Source: a virus
Lineage: Duplodnaviria > Heunggongvirae > Uroviricota > Caudoviricetes
Reading direction: 5' to 3' (one strand)
IMG/VR virus record: IMGVR_UViG_3300032220_000751
Length of the DNA stretch: 64,000 nucleotides
The position numbers and the translations under genes are program-made. The notes under the pieces are model-generated. The model was not told where the DNA came from, did not search any database, and saw only the letters and a list, made by a program, of their open reading frames with translations. This document shows, in pieces, positions 8,696 through 16,825 of this stretch. Each line of letters opens with the position of its first letter. Position 1 is the first letter of the stretch.

Positions 8696-9688
8696 ATGCC
8701 TCGTACCCTGAAAGACCTGATCAGCAATTCCATCTCGCAATCCAAGGTGCCAACCTTCAACGACATCAAAGCACCAGCATCATCGAAACCCCTGCCCTGG
8801 GAAAACAAGCAATCTCGTCTGACTCCGGAACAAGAGTTCCAGAAGTCGCTGAAGAAAGACGACAAGCCTGCTACGGTTGACCGCAGTGGCCTGGAACAAG
8901 TGAGCGATCCGGTCATGAAAGAAAACCTCACGCGTCTGGCTGATGCTGCTGAACGTATCGTGGCCAAGAAGCCTACCATCAAGGCAGTGGTCAAGCCCAA
9001 GAAGAAGCCGATGGTTTCCAAGGGTAAGGTCAAGCCGATCGATAAGCCTGCTCCGAAGCGTGAATCGATCACCCCCAAGGCCAAACCTACCGTGATCAAG
9101 ACCAAGGCTGTGACGCCTATCAAGTCTGGTAAAATGTCGGTCGGTGGTTTCGTGCAAGAGCTTAACAAAGCTGTCGGTAACACCAACGTGACTGCGGCAC
9201 CGGAACAAAAGAAAGGGGATGTGAATGCAGGTCAAAAGAAGGCTGGTCCCGGTCGTCCGAAGAGTGAAGGTAAGACCGCAGCACAAAAGCCGGGTAAGAG
9301 TGCACCTGCTAAGGGGGCTCCGGTGGGTAAGGCAGCAGCTGATAAACAAGCAGCTGTGAAGAAGGAAGTCAACAAGCCCAAGACGATGAAGAAGATCATC
9401 GACGCGGTTTCCGATCGCAAAGCATCGCCCAAGGAAATCGGTAAGAAGGTCGCTGACATCGTCGTGGAAGCCAAGAACGTGGCTACTAACAAAGAGATCG
9501 TTATCAATGCAAAAAACACCCCGGTTCAAGACAAGAAGGTTCCGGCCAAAGCGCTTCAATCTGCAGAAAAGCCCGCACCGAAGAAAGTCGTTCACGGTAA
9601 GGGTAATGTGTCTGCGCATAGCAGCAAGGCAAAACCGGTTCAATCTGGCAAAGCAGCTGGCAAAGCTGGCGTGAAGGCTAAGAAGTAA
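8696..9688 (+). CDS. lysine/alanine/proline-rich basic protein, histone-H1-like (putative DNA-binding or nucleoid protein)
   Basis: RBS AAGGAG 7 nt before ATG 8696; ~25% Lys with KPxx/AAGK repeats (KAKPVQSGKAAGKAGVKAKK); GC-rich codon usage. Confidence 0.6.
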   Translation: MPRTLKDLISNSISQSKVPTFNDIKAPASSKPLPWENKQSRLTPEQEFQKSLKKDDKPATVDRSGLEQVSDPVMKENLTRLADAAERIVAKKPTIKAVVKPKKKPMVSKGKVKPIDKPAPKRESITPKAKPTVIKTKAVTPIKSGKMSVGGFVQELNKAVGNTNVTAAPEQKKGDVNAGQKKAGPGRPKSEGKTAAQKPGKSAPAKGAPVGKAAADKQAAVKKEVNKPKTMKKIIDAVSDRKASPKEIGKKVADIVVEAKNVATNKEIVINAKNTPVQDKKVPAKALQSAEKPAPKKVVHGKGNVSAHSSKAKPVQSGKAAGKAGVKAKK

Positions 9689-9708
9689 TTTTCACAAAAG
9701 GTGAGTAC

Positions 9709-9891
9709 ATGATGAAGAAAAGGAAACTGCGTTACAGACGCTGGCAAGTACCACGAGAAAGAGATCCGAACTTCCGTCGGATGTTTATCAAGTCGTGGCG
9801 TCGTGAACATTCTCGTATTCGTTATCCCTTGATGTTCCGGGAATGCTACATGATCCATCCTGAGTATTCCAGCTACCTGTTACACGGTTAA
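9709..9891 (+). CDS. arginine-rich small basic protein (60 aa)
   Basis: RBS AGGTGAG; MMKKRKLRYRRWQVPRERDPNFRRMF... Confidence 0.45.
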   Translation: MMKKRKLRYRRWQVPRERDPNFRRMFIKSWRREHSRIRYPLMFRECYMIHPEYSSYLLHG

Positions 9892-9926
9892 GTACTCACC
9901 ACCCTCAACTAAAAAGAAAGCTATTC

Positions 9927-10790
9927 ATGCTGAAAGTTCAAGTCGATTACCACGATGATGCTTTGTTCGACAGCACAGACTTCGAGCCGAAGATCATTAC
10001 TTTCCCTGGCGGGGAATGTCATGTGACTCTACCGGATGAATTGCTGGACAATCCACGTGCCCGTGCGTTTACCATTAAGACGCTGATCAAGAACGCCGAC
10101 CACATCATGCATTTGCTGATGGTTACAGACGCGATTCGTCGCCACTACGCGGGCTATCCGATTTTCCTACACATGCCGTACATTCCGTACGCACGTCAAG
10201 ACCGCGTAGCCAACCACGGCGAGTCTTTGTCGGCTCGTGTGTTCTGTGATCTGATCAATGCTCAGAACTACGAAGTCGTCAGCGTCGCTGATCCGCACAG
10301 CCCGGTGGTGGAAGCGCTGCTGAACCGCATCGACGTGGTCGATCCGATTTACATGGTCGAAGAAGTGCTGCAAAGCGATCTCTTCAAGGACGGTGTGGCG
10401 CTGGTTGCACCGGACGCAGGTGCCCGAAAGCGTGTGCTGAATATGGCCATGGAAGTCAACGTCGAAGACGTGATCTTTGCTGACAAGGTACGCGATACCA
10501 AGACTGGCAAGATCACCGGTACCGTGGTCAACAACGAAGTTCCTCAAGGTAAAGCTATTCTGGTCGTGGATGACATCTGTGACGGTGGTCGTACCTTCCT
10601 GGAACTGGGTAAGGTCTTAAAGGAGAAGACCGACCAACCGCTGTACCTGTACATTACCCATGGCATCTTCAGCAAAGGTCTGGAAGAACTCGGTAAGTAT
10701 TACGACCGTATCTTCACTGCCTACAACTGGAATGATGAAGAAGCCAACAATCCCCAACTGACCTTGATCAAGGAAGGAAATCTGCTGTGA
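9927..10790 (+). CDS. ribose-phosphate pyrophosphokinase (Prs) family protein; candidate ADP-ribose pyrophosphate synthetase of an NAD+ reconstitution pathway
   Basis: Prs motifs PYIPYARQDR and the nucleotide/PRPP loop VVDDICDGGRT; collinear with E. coli Prs; translationally coupled to the downstream NampT-like gene. Confidence 0.8.
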   Translation: MLKVQVDYHDDALFDSTDFEPKIITFPGGECHVTLPDELLDNPRARAFTIKTLIKNADHIMHLLMVTDAIRRHYAGYPIFLHMPYIPYARQDRVANHGESLSARVFCDLINAQNYEVVSVADPHSPVVEALLNRIDVVDPIYMVEEVLQSDLFKDGVALVAPDAGARKRVLNMAMEVNVEDVIFADKVRDTKTGKITGTVVNNEVPQGKAILVVDDICDGGRTFLELGKVLKEKTDQPLYLYITHGIFSKGLEELGKYYDRIFTAYNWNDEEANNPQLTLIKEGNLL

Positions 10791-12490
10791 GCGAACAACA
10801 AGAAAACATCGTCGAGAAAGTTGCCAATGGTCTCGTGCCATTCAACCTGGCAGACTTCTACAAGACTGGTCACCCAGCCATGTATCCTCAGGGTACTGAA
10901 ACCCTGGTGGCCAACTTTACCCCGCGCTCGGCCAAGTACGCTCCGGTACTGCCGGAATTGTTCGATAACAAGATCGTTTGGTTCGGCCTGCGTGGTTTCA
11001 TCCAGGAATGGCTGATCGATGTCTTCAATCGCGAGTTCTTCCAAAAACCCAAGGAAGAAGCCATCAAGAAGTACCGTCGTCGTATGGACACTTCTCTCGG
11101 TCCTGGTGCTGTCAGCATGAAGAAGCTGGAACTGCTCCATGATCTGGGTTACCTTCCGCTGGAAATTCGCGCCCTACCTGAAGGCGCTCGTGTGAACATC
11201 AAGGTACCGCCGGTACTGTTCATCAACACCGCTGGCCCTGAACTGTCGTGGGTGGCTACCTACTTCGAAACTCTGATGTCCTGCGAAAGCTGGAAAATCT
11301 CGACGGTCGGTACCATTGCTTTCGAGTTCCACAAGCTGCTGACCTACTTCGCTGTGTCCACTGGCGCGCCTCTGGACTTTGTGCGTTGGCAAGGTCACGA
11401 CTTCTCGTTCCGTGGCATGTCGGGTGTGCATGATGCAATGCGTACCTGCTCGGCTCACTTGCTGTCGTTCATGGGTACCGATACCATCCCGTCTATCGAC
11501 TACCTGGAAGACTACTACGACGCCGATTCCGACAAGGAACTGGTGGGTGGTTCGATCCCAGCATCGGAACACAGTGTGATGGCTCTGCGCATTCTGCTGA
11601 AGCTGAAGGAACTGGCCAAGCTGCCGGAGAACGCAGGTCTGACTCACAAGCAACTACGTAAGGCAGCTGAGCTGGAAGTGGTGCGTGACTATGCCATCAA
11701 GGAATACGACACTGGTCTGGTCTCCATGGTCTCGGATACCTTCGACTTCTGGAATGTGATCACTCACATCGCCAAGGTCCTGAAGCCTGAAATCATGCAA
11801 CGCAAGCCGGATGTGTTCGGTAATGCCAAGGTCGTCTTCCGTCCTGATTCGGGTGATCCAGTGTACATCCTGACCGGTTACAAGAACAGTGAAATCGTTG
11901 CTAATGGCGATGGTACTTTCACTGTCAATGCAACTGGCAGAGTCATCCAAGATCACGAGCGTCGTGGTGCTGTGGAATGCCTGTGGGATATCTTCGGTGG
12001 TACCGAAACCAGTCTCGGCTACAAGCTGCTGGATTCCCACGTCGGTCTGATCTACGGTGACTCGATCACTCTGCCGCGTGCTATGCGTATCCTGCGTCGT
12101 CTGCAAGACAAGGGCTTCGCATCCACCAACGTAGTCTTCGGTATCGGTTCGTACACTTACAACATGCTCTCCCGTGACGTCTTCGGTTGGGCCATGAAGG
12201 CGGTGTACGCGGTAGTCGATGGTGAGCCGGTTGAGATCTACAAGGATCCAGCAACTGACGACGGTATGAAGAAGTCGGCCAAGGGTCTGCTGCGTGTGGA
12301 TAAGGTAGGTAACAACTACTTCCTGACGGAGAACTGCACCCCGGAAGAGTTCGAAGGCGGTGAACTCAAGCCGGTGTTCCGTAATGGTGAGATGTTGGTC
12401 AAGCCTACCTTTAAGGAAGCCAAGGAACGTCTGCACCTTTCTTGGACGTGTCCGGAACCTAATAGCATCGTCTGGCAAGACGCTGCTTAA
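10787..12490 (+). CDS. nicotinamide phosphoribosyltransferase (NampT/NadV) family protein; alternatively Namat-like
   Basis: GTG start overlapping the Prs stop (GTGA), RBS AAGGAAGGAAA; NampT motifs DFYKTGH, LPLEIRALPEG, GHDFSFRG, PASEHS, VSDTFDFW, RPDSGDP, GDSIT, collinear with human NAMPT. Confidence 0.85.
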   Translation: MSEQQENIVEKVANGLVPFNLADFYKTGHPAMYPQGTETLVANFTPRSAKYAPVLPELFDNKIVWFGLRGFIQEWLIDVFNREFFQKPKEEAIKKYRRRMDTSLGPGAVSMKKLELLHDLGYLPLEIRALPEGARVNIKVPPVLFINTAGPELSWVATYFETLMSCESWKISTVGTIAFEFHKLLTYFAVSTGAPLDFVRWQGHDFSFRGMSGVHDAMRTCSAHLLSFMGTDTIPSIDYLEDYYDADSDKELVGGSIPASEHSVMALRILLKLKELAKLPENAGLTHKQLRKAAELEVVRDYAIKEYDTGLVSMVSDTFDFWNVITHIAKVLKPEIMQRKPDVFGNAKVVFRPDSGDPVYILTGYKNSEIVANGDGTFTVNATGRVIQDHERRGAVECLWDIFGGTETSLGYKLLDSHVGLIYGDSITLPRAMRILRRLQDKGFASTNVVFGIGSYTYNMLSRDVFGWAMKAVYAVVDGEPVEIYKDPATDDGMKKSAKGLLRVDKVGNNYFLTENCTPEEFEGGELKPVFRNGEMLVKPTFKEAKERLHLSWTCPEPNSIVWQDAA

Positions 12491-12503
12491 TTAGGGCATA
12501 AGG

Positions 12504-12534
12504 ACCGGTGTGGGTAACTCCACACCGGTTTTCA
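12504..12534 (+). terminator. rho-independent terminator
   Basis: ACCGGTGTGG-gtaact-CCACACCGGT then TTTT. Confidence 0.85.
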
Positions 12535-12550
12535 ACTTTACTTTACTCTC

Positions 12551-13150
12551 ATGGAAAACAATCTTATCGTATTAGACGGTGATGGTGTATTGGTCGACTA
12601 CCATCACGCCTATGCTCAGGCATGGGGTAAAGCATTCGGTGAAGTACCTGCAATCAAAGATCCCGATGCTTACTGGGCATTGGATCGTTACGATGTTCGT
12701 AAGCTTCATGGTGATGAACTGGATCACTTCAAGAAGCATATGGACTATGAATTCTGGGCTACCATGCCCGCCATGCCTGGTGCTGTAGAGGCATGTCAAA
12801 AACTGGTAGATGCAGGTTACAAATTGATCTGTGTAACCGCATTGGAAGATGAACACAAATCTGCGCGCTGGAAGAATCTGTTAGATCTGGGTATGCCTCT
12901 GGAAGGTATAGTTTGTACAGGACATGGGAATGATACGGCCAGTCCCAAGGCATCAGTCTTAAGTGTCTTGAATCCGGTGGCATTCGCAGATGACTTCGTG
13001 CACTATATGCGCGGCATTCCACCACACATCCATGCAGCTTTGATCATGCGTTCTAAGAACGGTACACCGAACGTCGGTCCTGATCTTAAGTTAGCTCATT
13101 CTCAACATGCTGATATTCTTAGCTTTGCGGAATATTGGGTCAATCGTTAA
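12551..13150 (+). CDS. HAD-superfamily hydrolase, 5'(3')-deoxyribonucleotidase (NT5C)-like
   Basis: Motif I IVLDGDGVLVD, motif II LICVT, motif III K, motif IV AFADDF; no obvious SD upstream. Confidence 0.65.
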   Translation: MENNLIVLDGDGVLVDYHHAYAQAWGKAFGEVPAIKDPDAYWALDRYDVRKLHGDELDHFKKHMDYEFWATMPAMPGAVEACQKLVDAGYKLICVTALEDEHKSARWKNLLDLGMPLEGIVCTGHGNDTASPKASVLSVLNPVAFADDFVHYMRGIPPHIHAALIMRSKNGTPNVGPDLKLAHSQHADILSFAEYWVNR

Positions 13151-13155
13151 CCCGG

Positions 13156-13187
13156 AAGGGGAGTTTTGCGACTCCCTTTCTTTTTTG
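13156..13187 (+). terminator. rho-independent terminator
   Basis: AAGGGGAGT-tttgcg-ACTCCCTT then TCTTTTTTGTC. Confidence 0.85.
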
Positions 13188-13206
13188 TCTTAAATAAGGA
13201 ACTATC

Positions 13207-14079
13207 ATGTCCGATCAACCCCAAGACCAAACACACACCTTATTGCCTGAACGCTTATATACCACAGCTGTCCAGTGGTCCAAGTTCGTCTCGATGACTG
13301 ACCCCATCGTTGAAGAGACGGTGCCCAACGTGGTGCAGCTGCACAAGAACCTCCTGCAGTACACCTCCCTCATGGGCGGTAACCTGTACTGCCTGCCTGC
13401 TGGTAATGGCGGTCGCTTCGCTATCCTCCACAAACATCGTGCTGGTGTGAACCTGCGCGGTTGGGTGATGGGTGTTTATCAGGGTGATCTCGAACAGCTG
13501 TTCGAACGTTTCACCGAAGAACTCCCTCCCAACATCGGTTACAACATCCAGTTCGCTCGTCCACTGGTATTGACCAAGGACATCAACTCGATGGACTTCG
13601 CTGGTATTCTCGACGGCTATAGCGAAGCTGGTGATGAAGGATCGACTGGCATTAAGGGTAAGTTCATTACGAATACCGATGAACTGCTTCCGTATGACGA
13701 GATGATCAGCGAACTGTTGCAGGTCATGTCCGAGATGCCGGAGTATGAAAGCTACAAGATCGAAATGGTGCGTGCGCTGAAGATTGACTCCGTCACAGCT
13801 AATGTGATTAAGGTTGAACTGATCATCGCCATCACCTGGAAGTCCTGGGTCAAACAGGATAACTCGGTCGACAAGCTGTCGCAGCATGTGACCATCAATT
13901 TCTATCCAGAAATCGAATCAAGTGCAGACTTCACGACCAAAGAGGGATGCGAACGTCACCTGCGTGCATTGCAACAGCGCAAAGAAGCCGGTGGTGAAGT
14001 CAATGAGGTGACGATCAATGCACTGAATGATCGCATCAAGACTTTCGTCTCGATGACCCAAGGCGGCGAACTGAATTAA
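13207..14079 (+). CDS. hypothetical protein (290 aa)
   Basis: RBS AAGGAA; ORF. Confidence 0.6.
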   Translation: MSDQPQDQTHTLLPERLYTTAVQWSKFVSMTDPIVEETVPNVVQLHKNLLQYTSLMGGNLYCLPAGNGGRFAILHKHRAGVNLRGWVMGVYQGDLEQLFERFTEELPPNIGYNIQFARPLVLTKDINSMDFAGILDGYSEAGDEGSTGIKGKFITNTDELLPYDEMISELLQVMSEMPEYESYKIEMVRALKIDSVTANVIKVELIIAITWKSWVKQDNSVDKLSQHVTINFYPEIESSADFTTKEGCERHLRALQQRKEAGGEVNEVTINALNDRIKTFVSMTQGGELN

Positions 14080-14086
14080 TTTGTAG

Positions 14087-14116
14087 ATACATATCACTAA
14101 AGTGTAGGTTAACCTA
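14087..14116 (+). promoter_or_regulatory. conserved promoter-like motif ATACATATCACTAAAGTGTAGGTTAACCTAAC (copy 1)
   Basis: 13-mer ATACATATCACTA is identical at 39454 and nearly identical at 52373; always intergenic, just upstream of an RBS. Confidence 0.5.
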
Positions 14117-14139
14117 ACTTACTCTTGTAAAGAGAAATC

Positions 14140-14952
14140 ATGAACACGAAATATCTGGACGAAGTATTGAAGCAAAAGGGCTACTCTTTAGTGATTAACG
14201 AACACCGCTACGGTAGTGGGTTGTACGCGGTTATCTCTTACGGCATCGAGAATGCGTCTGATATTGCTGACAGCTTTACCGGCGGTGATGATGATTACGA
14301 TATCGTAGAACAGTTCTACGGTAGTGGTAATCCGATTGCACTCTATAGCACCAAAGAAACTATCAGTGAACTGATGGTTGATCTTGATGAGAAATGTCGT
14401 CGTCTTCTGGCTATTGGCTGGTACGACTGGACAGATCTCATGTGTTATGTAGCAGATGAGTATCGAGCATGTTGTGAGAACCCTGGTGGTGAGCGTGATT
14501 TCTCAGCTGCCCTTCAGGTTAAGATCAGTGACATGAAGGCAAGGCTAGATGCAGTCTATAGTCTAGGCGGTACAGCACCTCCTATGAAGAAAGAAGATGG
14601 TCAGCAGTTAATTCGACTGCTTAAAATGAACATCGAAGTCAAACCTGAATTGAAGGATTTGTTCAGAGGCTTGTTTGGTGGCTATGTCGCTGACGGTGTC
14701 CAAGGTGAGCATTCTATTTATGCAAGTAATTGGAAGGTAATCAACAATTACCTATTAGCACCGTTTCGTGCAATACCTGAATTGAGTGGTGATGAAATTC
14801 TGGATCCGAAAGAGGGTATTCCACTGCTGCGTTGTTTGTCTTCAGGTGAATCGCAGATCTTTGAACTGACATTGGAATCATGTCCTAGGGGTAGTCCGAT
14901 TCCCTTGCGTCTACCAGTGCAGTTTGTTCTCGTTATCGACAACTTCAATTAA
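14140..14952 (+). CDS. hypothetical protein (270 aa)
   Basis: ORF downstream of the motif; RBS-like AAAGAGAAA. Confidence 0.55.
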   Translation: MNTKYLDEVLKQKGYSLVINEHRYGSGLYAVISYGIENASDIADSFTGGDDDYDIVEQFYGSGNPIALYSTKETISELMVDLDEKCRRLLAIGWYDWTDLMCYVADEYRACCENPGGERDFSAALQVKISDMKARLDAVYSLGGTAPPMKKEDGQQLIRLLKMNIEVKPELKDLFRGLFGGYVADGVQGEHSIYASNWKVINNYLLAPFRAIPELSGDEILDPKEGIPLLRCLSSGESQIFELTLESCPRGSPIPLRLPVQFVLVIDNFN

Positions 14953-14966
14953 TCGAAAGGGTTGTT

Positions 14967-15245
14967 ATGTTTGGTTGGATCAAGAAATTGTTGGGTGTCA
15001 GGGAGTACGCAGAGAATGGAGAAGTGGTTCGTCTCTACAAACGAGGTAGCATTCAAGGTGAGGTTATCGAACAACCTCCTGGTGTGATCACGAACATGAA
15101 GGAAGTAAAGCTCCCCAATGAAGGTGGTCACTTTATCGAAAAACAAGTCACTGTCCGCCGGGCTGATGGTACGACGTTCAATGTAGCTTTTGATCGTCTG
15201 CGTATCAGTGGTCATGATCGTGGCTTCTACCTCTTCGAGGATTAA
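14967..15245 (+). CDS. hypothetical protein (92 aa)
   Basis: RBS AAAGGG; ORF. Confidence 0.5.
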   Translation: MFGWIKKLLGVREYAENGEVVRLYKRGSIQGEVIEQPPGVITNMKEVKLPNEGGHFIEKQVTVRRADGTTFNVAFDRLRISGHDRGFYLFED

Positions 15246-15599
15246 ATGCTGAAAGAGTTATTGAGTAAGCTCTTTAAACCTACAATAACCATTTTCGACA
15301 CCCCTCAGGATAAGGTTGATGAATCCTTTCCGGATCGTATCTTTCTTATGGGAATGTACGGTATGATGGAATGCGTCACAGGCGATGATGAACAGTTTGA
15401 TCATTTATTCAACTCCGACATCTGGAGGTCTCATCCCAAGGATGTCCGTCAGAAGTTTAAAGACATGGCGCGTGGGTATGAATCAGGTCTGTGGTTAATG
15501 CCATATATGACCATCCCTACTGAGGATGACTTCATGTTAGCCTGTGAAGAGTTCTCCAGTATCATCGGAAGCGAGATCAATGCCGTAGGTATTGGATAA
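15246..15599 (+). CDS. hypothetical protein (117 aa)
   Basis: RBS GAGGA; directly abuts the upstream stop. Confidence 0.5.
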   Translation: MLKELLSKLFKPTITIFDTPQDKVDESFPDRIFLMGMYGMMECVTGDDEQFDHLFNSDIWRSHPKDVRQKFKDMARGYESGLWLMPYMTIPTEDDFMLACEEFSSIIGSEINAVGIG

Positions 15600-15641
15600 A
15601 TTTACCGTCCTAGCCTATAGTGTGTTGAGAAGAGAAATATC

Positions 15642-15670
15642 TTGAAGACGAGTGCCAGAATTGGTATATG
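15642..15670 (+). promoter_or_regulatory. candidate sigma70-like promoter TTGAAG-N17-TATATG
   Basis: Hexamers with 17-nt spacer at the start of a 275-nt ORF-free gap; the same TATATGG -10 recurs at 26280. Confidence 0.35.
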
Positions 15671-15676
15671 GAACCG

Positions 15677-15824
15677 ATAGCTACATGCTTGTGGTGCATG
15701 GATGTTGATCGGTGAGTCGGTGGAGCACCACTGATCGGCTGTCATTGGCCGGACGCTAAGCGCAATTGGGGATTCGCATTCCCCCTCAGAGAGCAATGAC
15801 CATACTTCGAGAGGCTACAAAAAG
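15677..15824 (+). ncRNA. structured untranslated leader or small RNA (nested hairpins; GTCATTG...CAATGAC closing helix)
   Basis: No ORF in any frame; helices CCGAT/ATCGG, CATGC/GCATG, GTGG/CCAC, GGGGA/TCCCC and the 7-bp GTCATTG/CAATGAC pairing read directly. Confidence 0.3.
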
Positions 15825-15850
15825 CGGGAGGATTCGTCCTCTCGTTTTAT
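15825..15850 (+). terminator. rho-independent terminator or attenuator
   Basis: CGGGAGGA-ttcg-TCCTCTCG then TTTTAT, 25 nt before the next RBS. Confidence 0.7.
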
Positions 15851-15875
15851 GCCCTTAACCTAAAAAGGAAAACAA

Positions 15876-16544
15876 ATGGGCCACTACAATTACCACGCAT
15901 CTAAGTTCAAAATCAAGAAAGAGACGCCACCTGAAGTCATGGGTATACTGAACAGTCTCTTCGCACATGACCCTGATTACGAAGAATTCATCAAGGATCC
16001 GTCTAACGATGTCTTGATTGATCGTAACTCCACGGTCTATAACTACAGAGAGTTTTGGCGTTTCTTCCAAGGCAATAGCGTCGGTATGTCTTGCAATGGT
16101 TGGCGGGTCAAAGAAGACATGGGTGACCATTGGTTGTTCGAGTCTCGTTCCAACTGCAAATACCAGAGTGGTATGGACATCTCGATCTGTGAATTCTTCT
16201 CCAAGCTCAAGCCGTGGTTGATCGCTGAAGAAGGTGATATCCTTCATCGCCAGATCTTTGAATCGGCTAACCGTGAAACACTCTTCTGTATCAAAGATGG
16301 AGAGGTTCAGATCGATACCAAGTCGGGATGTCGTTACGAGGTGGACTACGAGTATGTCTTAGATGATCGTCATCCCGTGCGACATGAGGATCTCTCTGAT
16401 GATATTAACATGAGTCCTTTGGGTCGTGGTCGCAATAATCCGAGCAACTGGATGCCGCCCTGGACAGTGAAAGAATTAGCACCCATCAATGAAGAGTTCG
16501 AAAAGAATAAGCGCGGGCAGGCGGACTCTCATTGGGGTTTCTAA
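15876..16544 (+). CDS. hypothetical protein (222 aa)
   Basis: RBS AAAGGAAAA; ORF. Confidence 0.6.
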   Translation: MGHYNYHASKFKIKKETPPEVMGILNSLFAHDPDYEEFIKDPSNDVLIDRNSTVYNYREFWRFFQGNSVGMSCNGWRVKEDMGDHWLFESRSNCKYQSGMDISICEFFSKLKPWLIAEEGDILHRQIFESANRETLFCIKDGEVQIDTKSGCRYEVDYEYVLDDRHPVRHEDLSDDINMSPLGRGRNNPSNWMPPWTVKELAPINEEFEKNKRGQADSHWGF

Positions 16545-16570
16545 GAAACAGTATTTAAAAGGAAGAAGTA

Positions 16571-16816
16571 ATGCAAATTCCCCCTCATTGGAACCATGTC
16601 TCCAGTCGTAGTGAGACTGCTACTCGTGTGATGGTCGCACTGGGTGTATATGAGACTTACAAGAATGTCATCGAAGAAGCTTACGAGTACTTCGAAGATC
16701 AACTCTGGAACAAACACATGGAGTTAGGTGAAGTCCAGTTGTTGCTGAAGAACAACAAGGAAGAACTGGTCAAGTTATTTACTGAGCAAAAAGCCAGTAA
16801 GTGCCTTGTCAACTAA
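16571..16816 (+). CDS. hypothetical protein (81 aa)
   Basis: RBS AAGGAAG; ORF. Confidence 0.5.
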   Translation: MQIPPHWNHVSSRSETATRVMVALGVYETYKNVIEEAYEYFEDQLWNKHMELGEVQLLLKNNKEELVKLFTEQKASKCLVN

Positions 16817-16825
16817 GGAGTTATC

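Noticed and set aside
12551-13150. HAD hydrolase as a third enzyme of the Prs/NampT pathway
   Set aside because: It is separated from that pair by a strong terminator and lacks coupling. The motif set fits NT5C-type deoxyribonucleotidases better, so I treat it as independent nucleotide metabolism.
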